Made by a program: the position numbers and the translations under genes. Under the pieces are notes generated by a model. That model was not told the DNA's origin. It was given only the letters and a program-made list of their open reading frames with translations, and made no database searches. A stretch of DNA of 64,000 nucleotides from the NCBI GenBank assembly GCA_030704615.1, contig CM060733.1:69006001-69070000 (forward strand). Direction: 5' to 3'. The DNA is from Takakia lepidozioides. Taxonomy: Eukaryota > Plantae > Bryophyta. This document shows, one piece after another, positions 40,098 to 51,999 of this stretch (positions are counted from its first letter, which is position 1; the number at the start of each line of letters is the position of its first letter).

Positions 40098-40509
40098 CTG
40101 CATGCCCAACCCCCATGTCAGCGACATCTTTAGCTTGTGTCTCACAGCTCCTGGACTTGGTGTCCGTGTCCAGTGTCAGTTATTGCTTCAGCATTACACA
40201 TATGAGAAAACCTTGTTGAGTAGTAAATATAGCAAGTAGAGGCTATATGAGCTGTCATCAATCAAGGGACTTCACAAACATGCACTTGGGAGAGGATAAT
40301 AGAGACCTGCACACACACATGGATGCCCAAAAATTCTCAAGGATCTGAATATGGATCCGCAAGTCTTGACCCTGTTGGATAAATCTAACTTAGAGGCTGT
40401 AGTGGCCAAAGCCATGTCTGCTGCCATGAAATTGTCTGATGAAAATGAAGTTAGGCAGAAAACTTCCCTGAACTTGTTTCCAGTCTGTGAGACATGGGGG
40501 AGGACATCA

Positions 40510-41085
40510 TGGATGACCTGCATGTGCTTTCCAGGGCTGCCAGGCTTGCACACGCACTGCAAACACACACAAACATGATGTGGTCGAGCTTCCGACACCA
40601 CATCTTGTTCAGCCATAGTGTTGAACACTCCCTTGGCATCCTCAATGCACCCACATTTGGCATACATATCGACCAGGGCAGGGTTCAGAATGACATCTGG
40701 TACAAATCCAGCTTTGACGATGTCACCATGGACCTCTTTCCCCTTTTCTAGAGCTCCTAGCCTTGCACACACATTGCAAACACAAACAAACGTCATGTGG
40801 TTGGGCTTCACCCTTCGCGTAGCAGTTGCTCATAGGTCTCCAAAGCATTCCTACCACACCCATCCTTGGTAAATTTTGCCAACATTATATTCCACGTGAT
40901 CAAAGATCGTTGAGGCACTCTGTGGAAAACTTGGTGAGCATCCATGATGCTCCACATACTTAACATACATGTTGACAAGGGTGTTGAGTAGAAAAACATT
41001 TGGCGTGAATCCACTTTGGATAATGTGAGTGTGCATCTGTTTCCAGCTTCCAGACCTTTCATCTTTCACTTAAGCAAGAGACAGA
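40510..41085 (-). pseudogene. PPR gene fragment (inverted relative of 37750-38200)
   Basis: HTHIIQSGFTPNVFLLNTLVNMYVK; LEKGKEVHGDIVKAGFVPDVILNPALVDMYAKCG. Confidence 0.85.
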
Positions 41086-42490
41086 CATACGATTTGGAGC
41101 TTGAAATCCGTGCCTCTTGGATGAATCTGGACCCACAATCTATCCCTGCACTCCTTCAGCTATCCATGCCTGTGTACAAATCGTGAATACATCCTCAGCC
41201 TTGCTACAACTAACAGCTGACACTGACGCCCTAACCCTACCTACAGTAACATGTCAAAATTACTCCAAAAGCACCATAGATCCACCAACGAGCTTCTCAT
41301 CATCTATGTTAGATCTGTTTTTGGATACTTTCCTGCTGCCACATTGTCAGTAATTTGTCAAAGTCACTCCTAACCACCACAGATCCACCAAACGAGCTAA
41401 CTTACAGAATTCAATATGTATCTTAGGGCCGAGCTGATGAGAGGGTAAAACAGGTAGAAGAGGTTGAAGAAGAAGGTGCCCTCACCACATTGTCGACCTT
41501 GACCTTGTGTCATGACCCATGGAGGATTTGACCGACCATCAAACCAAAGAACCTTTTGTGTGTGCTGCTTGTGTCTATAGTCAGGTACTGTCGGATTGGT
41601 CTGTGAGAACCACCACGGTGCAGCTGAGCAGGTAGAGATTGTAACCTGGCCTGCTTAGACCAAGCTGACTCTCCCAAGAACCTTGTAAACATCAGGAAGA
41701 ATACCAAATCATGGTACTACCAGGAGGCAACAGCCCACATTTGCATGATGGACAAACTTCTTCACATCGTACATCTTGTGTGTGCTGCTTCTGTCCGTAG
41801 TCAGGTAATGTCGGATTGGTCCGTGAGAACCACCACGGTGCAACTGGGCGGGCAGAGATTGAAACACGACATGCTAAGACAAAGCTGACTCTCCCAAGAA
41901 CTTTGTAAACATCAGGAAGAATACCAAATCATGGTACTAACAGGAGCCGAGAGCCCACATTTGCACGATGGACAATCTTCTTCACATCGTACATTAAGAA
42001 AAAGCCACACCTTCCGATTGCGGTTGTCCCACCATCGCGAAGGATCTTTCAAAAACTCATGTCAGCTCTGCTCCGTGGTGCAAATGCAGGGCCGAGTCTG
42101 ATGAGAGGGCAAAACAGGTGCCCTCACCACATTGTCGTCGACCTTGTATCTTGACCCATGGAGGATTTGACTGACCATGAACCCAAGAGGACCTCTTGTG
42201 TGTGTTGTTTGTCTATAGTCAGGTAATGTCGGATAGGTCCGTGAGAGCGGCCAAGGTGCATTCGAGTAGGTAGAGATTGAAACACGACCTGTTATCACGA
42301 TGCTTGGCACTAAGAAGACGCAGACCCAAAAAAACTTTAAGTTGCAGCCCTGCACTCTGCGACCTAGCAGCCCTAAATTCGAGCCAACTTTTTGAAGTTT
42401 TTGAACGTTTTGCACCCTAACAATATATAAATGATTATATATTCCATGTTATTATGTGAAGGTATTTTTAGCTTTATATATTTGTATAGA

Positions 42491-42752
42491 CCGTAGCCTC
42501 CTATGCGTTCGGCACCTTGGTGCCGGAATAATTATTTTTTGAAAGAATTGAGGTCCGGCATTTCCAAGCTTAATTTCCACAATTTCAACAAAGTCATAAT
42601 ATGTCATAAAACTCAGTTTCTATAGCACATTTTATGTGAAAACAATGAAAAATAAAATTTGAAAATTTCAACACTTGAGCTTGATAATTTTCAAATATTT
42701 CAACTTCTCATTTTTGCAAATAATAAGCGCCGGACCGCATAGGAGGCTATGG
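42491..42752. mobile_element. MITE, AT-rich interior
   Basis: TIRs CCGTAGCCTCCTATGCG / CGCATAGGAGGCTATGG in TA-rich flanks. Confidence 0.7.
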
Positions 42753-43650
42753 TATATATATTTATAGTCATTAAATGAGTAATTAAAATGACTGTATATT
42801 CTATTTAATTACTAATATCTATTTAAAATTACATTAATTTAAAATATAATGTGGAGTTGCTAGTGAAGTTGTTGAAACCACTTACAATTTAAAATAAATC
42901 ACCAGTAAGTCGACATCACCCTCGAAGTCGTATCATTTGCAGCCGTTAGATGCACTTGCATCCAATACACCACAATATTTCAACCACGTGAGCAATGATA
43001 TGTAGACACGTCATCATTTGCAGTCACATCCTCGTTCTATTTCATCCATTTATCTTTGCATTTTCCACATAGACATTCATTGGGCAACCAACAATCGCCA
43101 CGTGTAGTTGTGAAGACTAGTGCAGTCATACATTCCCATGCCACGTCATCCTGTTGCAGTTTTGGCCATGACTGGTAGTCGAATCTACCATCTTCCCCTA
43201 TCTGGTCAAATGTGTTTGACCGCAGATCCTGACGTGGCGGAGGTACAAGGTGGCATATACGACTTCTGGTGGTCATAATTGGCAACCAGGACTGCCCCCT
43301 TGCATTTTGCAGACATATATGCTACGACTGGGCAAATGTGACAGACGTTAAAGCAGGGATTTGTTGTAGTGACACTTTATGGATAACAGGGAATATAGTT
43401 GAGTTCAAGGAAAGAGACGTGCTGATTAGAGTAGAGCACCAAGGTTACAAATCGAGAATGTTAGTTTGGGAGATGATCGATACGATCGGTAGAGGTAGAG
43501 AGTGGATGGTGACCAAGAGAGAGATTTTGTCTTACGAAAATAGTTTGAGAGGAATTGTTAGGCACTGACAGGTTTGGTAAGACACGCAAGGTTTGGATCA
43601 GATATATTGATCACTTATAGCATAGATTTAATACCATATACTAACCCAAG

Positions 43651-43832
43651 ACAACCAGCATGTAGCCTAGTGGTAATGGGCACATACCACTTTGGATGTG
43701 GTTGTGGGTTCAAACCACGGTCTGGTGTGTCATGAAGGTGTCCACCTTTCAGCTGGAAGGCAGTAGCCCTTGTGGTGAAGTGACACCATAAGTTACGCTC
43801 CCTTCGGGAGGCGCGTCATATTTTTATTTATT
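43651..43832 (+). mobile_element. tRNA-derived SINE
   Basis: A box TAGCCTAGTGG (43663), B box GGTTCAAAC (43707), TTTA tail, 14-bp TSD TATACTAACCCAAG (43637-43650 / 43833-43846). Confidence 0.88.
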
Positions 43833-44119
43833 TATACTAACCCAAGGCCGCATTCTTTCATCAATTGTCAAGAGCGCATAATGGAGACCTCTGTGTACGA
43901 GTCATACATGCTGAAAGTAGGGTCATTGTGGTGTTGTGGACTAGAGTAGCATATGAATGGGTGATGGTTTCAACATTATCAAGGAGGGTCGCCGTGAGTG
44001 GAAGAGAAGAAGTGTTGCAGAATGGTAGCTGGACGTCTAGTTCTAGGAACTAGATCATCAAAAGTCTGAGTGTGAGAAGTACACACTCCGTTAACTAACA
44101 CTAATTTTACTAACAATCC

Positions 44120-45194
44120 GTTTAAAATATGGCCAGTCCGTTGGGAGTCGATGCTCCGTATTATGGTAGGGAGTCGGAGGACGTCGTGCACTGGTTCGAG
44201 AAATTATAGATGGCAGGTGATGTGAGGGATCTACCAGATGATAAAATATTCGAGGTAGCAAGGTTGAATCTGAAAGGAAAAGCTGATGACTGGTATCAGA
44301 GCAGAATCCAAAGCCAGTTGATTGGGATAGTTTGCAAGTAAGCAATGTTAGCAAAGCTCGGACACGTGGATATGGCGGAGCTCAAGATGAAATTAGATGA
44401 AGTTAAGCAGGAACCAAAACAAAGGGTTCAGGCTTACTTCGATCGTTTAAACAGGCTCTCTGTCAAGGGACAAATTCCCGATCTAGAGCAACATCAAGGT
44501 CTATGGCGGGTCTTAGGCATGATTATAACTAGGAACCAGATTTCAAAGTGTTGATGAGGCAGTGGAATCAGCTATACAGGTAGAAAGGGGATTATCCAAG
44601 ATAGGGGAAACACCATTCGAGCCTTTGGAAGGAGAAAACGTGGGAGAGGTTTTGGTGACTGGCCCAGTTGATAGACGCCTAGATGCTCTCAATCCAACAC
44701 TAAGCAAGTACTTTGAAAAGAAGAGTGCATATACTGAGGCTTCCGGTAGTCAGATTCCAGTTTGTGGAATACATTTGTGCAACCTCTGCCAGCAAGAGGG
44801 TCATGTGGCTGCGTTCTGCCCTACACAAAAGACTCCAGTGAAATGTGCAAAATGCAGTCACTATGGTCACATGACAAAAAATTGTGGAATCAGATGCACC
44901 TATTGTAAGCTACTAGGGCACTTCGAGCAGGACTGTAGGATGAAGAAGGAGCAAGGTACAAATGCATTGCCTTCTAACAACTTGCTTGAGATTATGTGTG
45001 ATGATGAAGAGGCAGTCTTGGAACAGTTGAATCAATTAATGGCACATCATGAGATCAAGGAGATATGTCGACTCCCAAGGGTACGAACACCGGTGGCAAC
45101 CCCTAATGCTAAGGGAGGTCCGAATTCACAAGCTAACAACATGGCTTCGTCACAAGAAGAAGTACCAGAGGAACAGACAAGGACCTCTGGATAG
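44120..45194 (+). pseudogene. Gag of the second LTR retrotransposon
   Basis: NLKGKADDWY, KQEPKQRVQAYFDRL, knuckles CNLCQQEGHVAAFC, CAKCSHYGHMTKNC, CTYCKLLGHFEQDC. Confidence 0.85.
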
Positions 45195-45305
45195 TTTCTT
45201 TTCCCATGAAGGTCTGAAAAATATCCAGAACCAGAGACAAGAAGGTCAAAAATACTAAATCATTTCTACAAAAGACGCATATCTATTTCACCAATCGATG
45301 TTATC

Positions 45306-48300
45306 ATGCAAGGAGAGTTCGAGAAACTGAAGAGTTTGGTCAAGGTGGTGGAAAAGAGCAAGATGGGTGCTTTTCCAGCCGACCATGTTCAACAAGGGGT
45401 GAAACTAACAGAAAATACAGGAGACGCAGGCCAGCCACTACCGGCACCTACAGACATGTCTCTGGAGGATTTCAAAAGTGCAGCGGATAAAATGTTGGAG
45501 GAGACACACAATAGCATTGGCAGAGTTCTGGGCAGCAGGGTATTCCAGCGGACTCTTCGAATCCCACTCTGTCGCATGGTCTCCCTTCCCATCGTCAGGC
45601 AGGCCCTTTCCGGAGATGTGGATAAGCCGAAGTTCGCATTTCGAGAAGGGTACCGTCTGGGATCGGCAGCGTTTTACGTTTCCATTGAGAATGAGGACGG
45701 CGAAACTCGTGGACCCACTGCCGATGAATTGTCAACGTGGGATACCCACTGGTACACTCGCAACGACAAATTCGAGGTGACGCTGAAGGGTGATCCAGAC
45801 TTCGGCCATATGTCGGATAAAATGTTCTTTGTGTGGGACGGGAATCACCGACTTCTTGCCTGGTGGGAGTACATCAAGCAGAACCATGCCAAGCACATTG
45901 GCTGGCATTACATGGTGGAGTGTGTCATCCTGAAGGTGAAGGCGGCAGACTCCTCCCTGCTCAAGAATGCCATGGCGGACCTCAACTCGTAAGATACTCA
46001 TACCCTCCCTAGCACGTTCGAAATGCGGTGCCGCATTTCGGTTTCCATTCTGGTTTGTTTCCGTGCTTCCGTGTACTGAACTGGAGAGTGTGCCTTGCAG
46101 GGTCACTGAGAATGCGTACGTGCATACCCACATGGCACATATGTTGTACAGGGTGAGGAAAACTGGTCTCACTGATCCGCAGATGTTTGCGGAAATGCTG
46201 GAGCCCGAGCTCATTCAGAAAGCCGTGGCAAAAACTGACCGGACATGGTATCGTCTCACTATGGATGGAATGGTGGAGGTGATATACAAAGTAAGTCGTC
46301 CTCCGATTTCCCTCTGCTCATCCTTCAGATTGAAATTTCCAGTAATCTTTCCACATGAATCGAATGTAACGCTTCTGCATGTTTTTGTTGGCAGTCAAAC
46401 ATCAAGCTGGATTTGGCCCATGTCAAACGCTTCTTCATGGAAAGTGAGGGGCAGGTGAAAACGTTGCAGTCATTGACTGAGCACTTGAAGGAAGCCGGTG
46501 TCAAGTCCAGAACCAAATACAAGTCAAAGCTTGTGAAGCTGGTGGCAATTGCAGATCCGGCACTTGGAAAGGACTTCATCCCCGAGATTGCAAAACACTA
46601 TTCTCGGGCCATGCAGCCGACCATGCAATTGGAGAAACTGCATCACCTCTCAACGGCATGTGTTGAGGCGAAAGAGAAGGTGAGGTTTCAATGCACTGAA
46701 GTTCCTTCCTAGCAATAGCCACTCTCTTCCAGCTCCTGACATTGGATTGGAAATGGCAGACACGGTGGCTGTCGATCTGGAATGCATCCGAGAGCATAAG
46801 GACAATGTGGTCTTTTCCACTCGAAGTTTCCGACCCTGCAGTGGATGTGTGGCTCAACCGCATGACTTGGTGGTTCCAGGTAATTCAAGGTACTTCCCCA
46901 GATTTGCTTTTCTGAAATGAATTCCCTGAACTGCTACGTGACAATGCATTTGGGAATAGCAGGTAATGTCGAATGCGAAGGAGCAAGTCGTAATGCACAC
47001 AAATTTGTTCGGCTTGTACGTCAAATGGGATGGAACACAGACATTGGAAGACTACGTGACACGTTTCAGATGTGCGTACAAGGACAACCTTTTCGCCAGA
47101 GAGCTACAGACATCAAGAAGGAGCGTGGAGTTTACACATCAGGAGGGAGCAGGGAAAGCTGCAATGCGAATTGTTTACAGGTGAAGCACAGCTGCCCTTG
47201 TATGCGAAGCCTGGTTACGAGGTTTGTCTCGGAAATGCGGCACCGCATTCGCATTTTATGTTTTCGGTGGCACTCTACGAGTAGGTTCGTCCAATCTTAT
47301 GCTCACGCATGCTGACTGCCTTGCAGGTATTTGAAATACGTGCTCCTTCAGACAGGGGCCCTGGCTCAAGAGCCCCCGTTCTTCATGGCTTGGACCGTGG
47401 CGGGCCCAAGCTGTGTCTACACACCCGAGATGCAAAAACAATGGCATCCCGCGCATCTCGTTGGATGCCTGTGGTACCTGGACATGTCTGGCGGTATTGT
47501 TGACGAGTCTGAGAAAGATCTGCACGCCTTGGCAGAAGAGAAGAGAAAGGAAAGACGTGTCCCTACTGGGCCAAAGTCGGCAAAGGAATCTGCTGCTCTG
47601 GAAGAATCCAGAAAGGCAGCTGAGATGGCACAAAAGACGGTGGATGCAGCTGTGCAGGCCCAACAGAAGGGGTCAAAGAAGAGGACTCGCCAGCAAGGAG
47701 CACCTGTTGTGACACCCGCCAAAACGAAGAAGCAGAAACAGCCTGTTCAGGAAGAGGGTGAGGAAGAGGACTCCGATGGAGACTTTGCAACCAGCCCACC
47801 CCCCCAAACGCAGGCTGCCTCCCCTGTGCCCACCGTTGTCATGAGAGGCACGAGAACTGGCTCGGCAAAGAAGGCACTCTTCAACCCCCCAGGGGGGCAC
47901 CCTTTCGAGCCGGTGGAAATGAAGAGGCCGAAAGTGGCTCCCGAAACAGTAGTCCAATGTGTAAATGAGAGTTTCTTGGCGGCTTTGGATGGACAAGCAG
48001 CCAAGTTGGCATACATGAAGACCATGGAGGGTCTGAAGGGCAGAGCACTGAAGAAGGCGACTGCCGAAGAGCCTTCCGACACCCCAAGATTTCAGAATAT
48101 GGTCTCATTCTTTGAGAGGGTGTGTGCAGACAAGGATTGTAGGAGGGGCGGAAATGCCACCGAGTGGTCTTGCGATATGATCATCTTGGATATTCCGGAC
48201 GGAGAGCCTGTGGAAGGACTGCAAGCTTTGCTATCTTGGAACAGGTACTCGGAGGACTTTTGGAAGAAAGGATTCGGGCTTGCCCGCATGGTGTTGGACG

Positions 48301-49671
48301 ACAGAGGCTGTGTGGTTGTCCTGGCGAGCAGAGGAAAAAACACTCAGACAGGAATTGCGAAGTGGACCCGCAAGAGCGCCGTCCCGATTCTGAAAAAGAA
48401 GTGGACGTGCATCAACACACTGGGCCTTCGGTCGGAAGGGAAGAAGGTGATTACGACACTGGCACTCGTCCATTCATTTGCTTGGGTGTTTTCAAATGCG
48501 GTGCCGCATTCGGTTTCTAATCGTTCCCCCCTGTGTATGCAGACGAAGCAGTTCGATGCATACTGCTTTGTGAAGGAGAACTCCACCTTTGCTTTCCGGA
48601 AGGAGGGAGGAAAGGTTGACCCGAACTGCGACCCCCTCGATTACGACGTTCTGTTCAACAACGTTCCCAAGGAACTTCTCCCTCATAGCCTCACTTCAAC
48701 GGAACCCCTGCGGTACTCACGGACTCGAAGCCCTGCCTTCATTCAGACAATTATGGAGACATGCACAGACGTGGAGGGCACAGTGCTCGACCTCATCTGT
48801 AGGACAGGTATGCAGAATCTTGATCTATGTTGTTCTGCAAATTCTCGGTAGGATGTAGTTCGCAACATCTGAAGCGCCATGTGGTAATGTGTGGATGGCA
48901 TTGTAATAGGTGCCTCAATGTGGGCTGGGCGGTTTTCCGACCGGCACCTCTTTGCCTACGAGGAGGATTCATCCGTGTGGGGATCCCATCTGGAAGGGCT
49001 GCAACGGAATGTTAAGGCTCCCAACAGAGCGGAAGTCTCCTCGGATTCGTCGGAGTCCGAGGAAGACACAGTGGACATTGATGAACCCGGAATACGAGTG
49101 AGTGCAAACATTGTAAGTTTGCAAAGCCTTATGGGTCATTTTTGTAAAACGAATTTCCCGACTGTGGTTCTCATTAGTCTCATTGATGATTGTCATGTGC
49201 AGGATTGCAGGGTCCGGGTCGAAACATGTAGGGCCTACACTTCTTGCCAGGAAGAATGTCCCGTTCTTTGCGAGGGCCGACTTCATGACGAGCCCGGTGA
49301 TGGACTACTCCCTTCCTAGTTATGCAGCTAAACTCGCAAATACAGCGATTAGAAGAAGTGAGAATCCCAGTAAAGTAGAGCAGATTTTGGAGAGGGCTAG
49401 GGAGAACAGAAGGATAAGGAAAGAGTTGGCAGCAGCTCAGACAGGTAGACGGGTACGAAAGTACATATGTGATTCAGCGGATGAGAGCGACGCAGACAGG
49501 GAGGAAGACGACCCAACGGAGGTGAGATGGACAGTTCCGCAAGGGGAAGATGGGATTTTCGAAAGCCTGGCCAACGAGCAGTCCACTGGAGATGAGAAAG
49601 GCACTGAGGGGGTGGAGGCGGAGCAGGACAGTCTAGAACAGAATGAGGATGAGGATGATTTTCAAGATTAA
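45306..49671 (+). CDS. Multi-exon ParB/Sulfiredoxin-like + beta-class amino DNA-methyltransferase-like gene carried by the Mutator-like element
   Basis: FFVWDGNHRLLAW (DGxHR); DMIILDIPDG, LARMVLDDRGCVVVL, RSPAFIQTIMETCTDVEGTVLDLICRTG|ASMWAGRFSDRHLFAYEED; in-phase GT-AG introns 45989-46100, 46291-46394, 48808-48909 plus about five more; 5' end and exon 4 uncertain. Confidence 0.75.
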
Positions 49672-49809
49672 TAGAATTTTAATGAAGTCTCTGTAAATGT
49701 AAATTCTCTTCCAGAGTATATAAAGGAAATTCTCCCCGACATTCGTGACCCCTCTCCAGTGTGCATTCCAGCCACACAATCGCCCAAACCACGACGCTCC
49801 CAAAATCAG

Positions 49810-50610
49810 AAATGGGGCACCGCATTTCCAAAATTTTGGCAACTCTAAGAACCTCTTTTGGAAATGCGGCACCGCATTTCCAAAACAGGGGAGGGACTAA
49901 ATTTTCCATTTCAATGTTGGCATAGTAAAAAGTAATCGGCCGATTGGAAATGCGGTGCCGCATTTCCAAAATTTCCTTTGTCCACACGCCAGTTTTGGCC
50001 TCTCCCGCTCATTGCCTGGATGCCACCACGCTTACAGAGGTCGAACAAGGAGGTCGAACAAGGAGGTCGAGATGGCGGAATTGGAAATGCGGTGCCGCAT
50101 TTCCATATTGGGGATGGTCGTTGTTCGAACTGCAAGCCCATCAGCAAAAATTGGCACCGCATTCCATTGTCAAAAAAAAGTCGATGACGGACATGGAAAT
50201 GCGGCGCCGCATTTCCAGAACGGACATCGCAATTTGTCCATTTGCAGACCCTCTCACGGAAATGCGGTAACGCATTCCATCGCGCTGGTCGGAAATGTCA
50301 CACTTTTCGAAGTGTTGGACGGAAATGCGGCACCGCATTCCCTTGTCCAAAAAGAAGTTTCCATTGCCAAGCTAGAAATGCGTCGCCGCATTTGCAATGC
50401 CAACCTCGTTGTCTGTCCAATTTATAGACCAGTGTTGGTATTTCGTGTACCTGGACGGAAATGATCACCGCATTTCATTGTCCGATACTGAAATGCGGTT
50501 CATACATTTCCATGTCGGCATGGAAATTCGGCACCGCATTTCCTTGTCCGACATGGAAATTCGGCACCGCATTTCCTTGTCCGACATGGAAATGCGGTGC
50601 CGCATTTCGA
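49810..50610. repeat. Cluster of GGAAATGCGGYRCCGCATTTCC palindromes
   Basis: More than ten copies, e.g. at 49861, 49946, 50083, 50195, 50321, 50588. Confidence 0.9.
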
Positions 50611-50864
50611 TGCCGACATGGCGTTACTCTGGTATATTCTTGACACATGACTCTCATACCGGTTACTCTGCTATATTCATCCGGACAGACACATTGTAGA
50701 AATGAGACATCAAATTGTAAACAGTGGGCCAATTCCGACAGTTATTCAACAGAATGAAACACAATCATACAGAAGTGAGGTACGATGGGTTTATTGATCG
50801 GACACGATGTCTCACATTTACCAACTGCAGACAAAACTAAGCCCTTCCTCCTTCTACATGGGCT

Positions 50865-51443
50865 TCACCAAGTCGACAGAACTTCGATACCCCTCAAAAC
50901 AAGCTCATCACTGCTGCGGCACCTCGAGGTAAACTGCAATTCGGTCGTTCTGCTGCTCTTGCTGGAGCCGACGACAATGTCATGTCCATCAATGATACCA
51001 CCATCATACATTGACAAGGTCACTGTGGGCCTCATGTGCCCGTGCGATTCGTCTTCGCAACTTAGCCGAATGTCTCCATACACTGGAAGAGCGGAGTGAT
51101 CTGCACGTATATAGTTTTCCCCGGTGCCGTCCTCCCTGGTCCACTGGCAGCAGTTCCAATGCCAAAGCGAGGCCGTGCGTGATCTGTCCGGCATCCCTTT
51201 CCAGCTTGGTATATCGAGGTCAACAATTTTCAGGACCCACGGACCGCATTGACCCTCGCCCTCACCTCGCTCAAAGCGGTAATAGCCCTCCAGATACTCC
51301 ATTGCGCACAAAGACTCTTGCTTGATTCCAGCAGCGTCTGTGAAAACAGAGAGCCAGACAATGATGTCTCCTGATTCTGGTTTGAACATAGCATAATCGT
51401 GGCCATGATAAGGGCAGTCGGCTGGATTTCGGCGGCACGGCAT
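50865..51443 (-). CDS. 'WNCCxWT' family protein, type 1 (192 aa)
   Basis: MPCRRNPADCPY...GDIIVW...AMEYL...HWNCCQWT; open frame. Confidence 0.7.
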   Translation of the reverse strand: MPCRRNPADCPYHGHDYAMFKPESGDIIVWLSVFTDAAGIKQESLCAMEYLEGYYRFERGEGEGQCGPWVLKIVDLDIPSWKGMPDRSRTASLWHWNCCQWTREDGTGENYIRADHSALPVYGDIRLSCEDESHGHMRPTVTLSMYDGGIIDGHDIVVGSSKSSRTTELQFTSRCRSSDELVLRGIEVLSTW

Positions 51444-51999
51444 CCTTGAAATAGAGTAGCGGAGTACGCTCAATGACAGCAGCTCCCGGATGGAGGAGGA
51501 GCAGCGCGGTGGCTGGAAAAAGTTCAAGCTAACGCTGCAATTCCTCAGAAACACTCCAGGGCACATTTAAATTTCCCCCCTACAGGATCCTGGACCGATG
51601 AAGATTGGCTGCTTCATGAATGTAGCCATTTCAGTTTCCTACCCTGCCATGCAAACTATGGGCACTCACTGCCAGGTGGGCCGATAGCCACTGGACACGA
51701 CGAAGTCCATCCCCTCTTCGATGTAAATGCGGCGCCGAATTTCCATCCGGGGGGATGGACTTCAGTGGCAGATCTCAAACTATAACTTGTTGATGAGAAA
51801 GATGTATGGGTTCATCCACCGCCGGCGTGATGAACACGTTCCACCTCCGTCGGTGGGTACGTGGGACCCAGATGCTCCATTACTGGAGGCCGGACTGCTC
51901 TTCCGCTTCGCATCATTTCCAAAATCTAAGGGCTTCGTAGCTGTCCGCAAGGTCATTGTCATCTGCATCCAAGTCGTCCTCAGGTCCTCCTTTGCAAGG

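Larger units (their letters stand above)
15093..43371. mobile_element. Giant (28.3 kb) CACTA-ended, Pack-type element with nested TEs
   Basis: Left end CACCACAACAGATCCCGGCTTTTACGTC; right end reverse complement CACTACAACAAATCCCTGCTTTAACGTC; ACA duplicated at 15090-15092 and 43372-43374; the flanks rejoin into one frame (EDIFVDLRPIGNTRY-TLWITGNIVEFK); TGAC/CACGTG-rich subterminal repeats. Confidence 0.8.

Noticed and set aside
43651-43730. tRNA gene
   Set aside because: No convincing cloverleaf; TSD and tail indicate a SINE
44291-44302. Second TGGTATCAGAGC PBS-like match
   Set aside because: Lies in frame within gag (DDWYQS) with no LTR end before it
45306-45992. A true ParABS partition system
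   Set aside because: No ParA/Walker-A ATPase seen; DGxHR indicates the fold only
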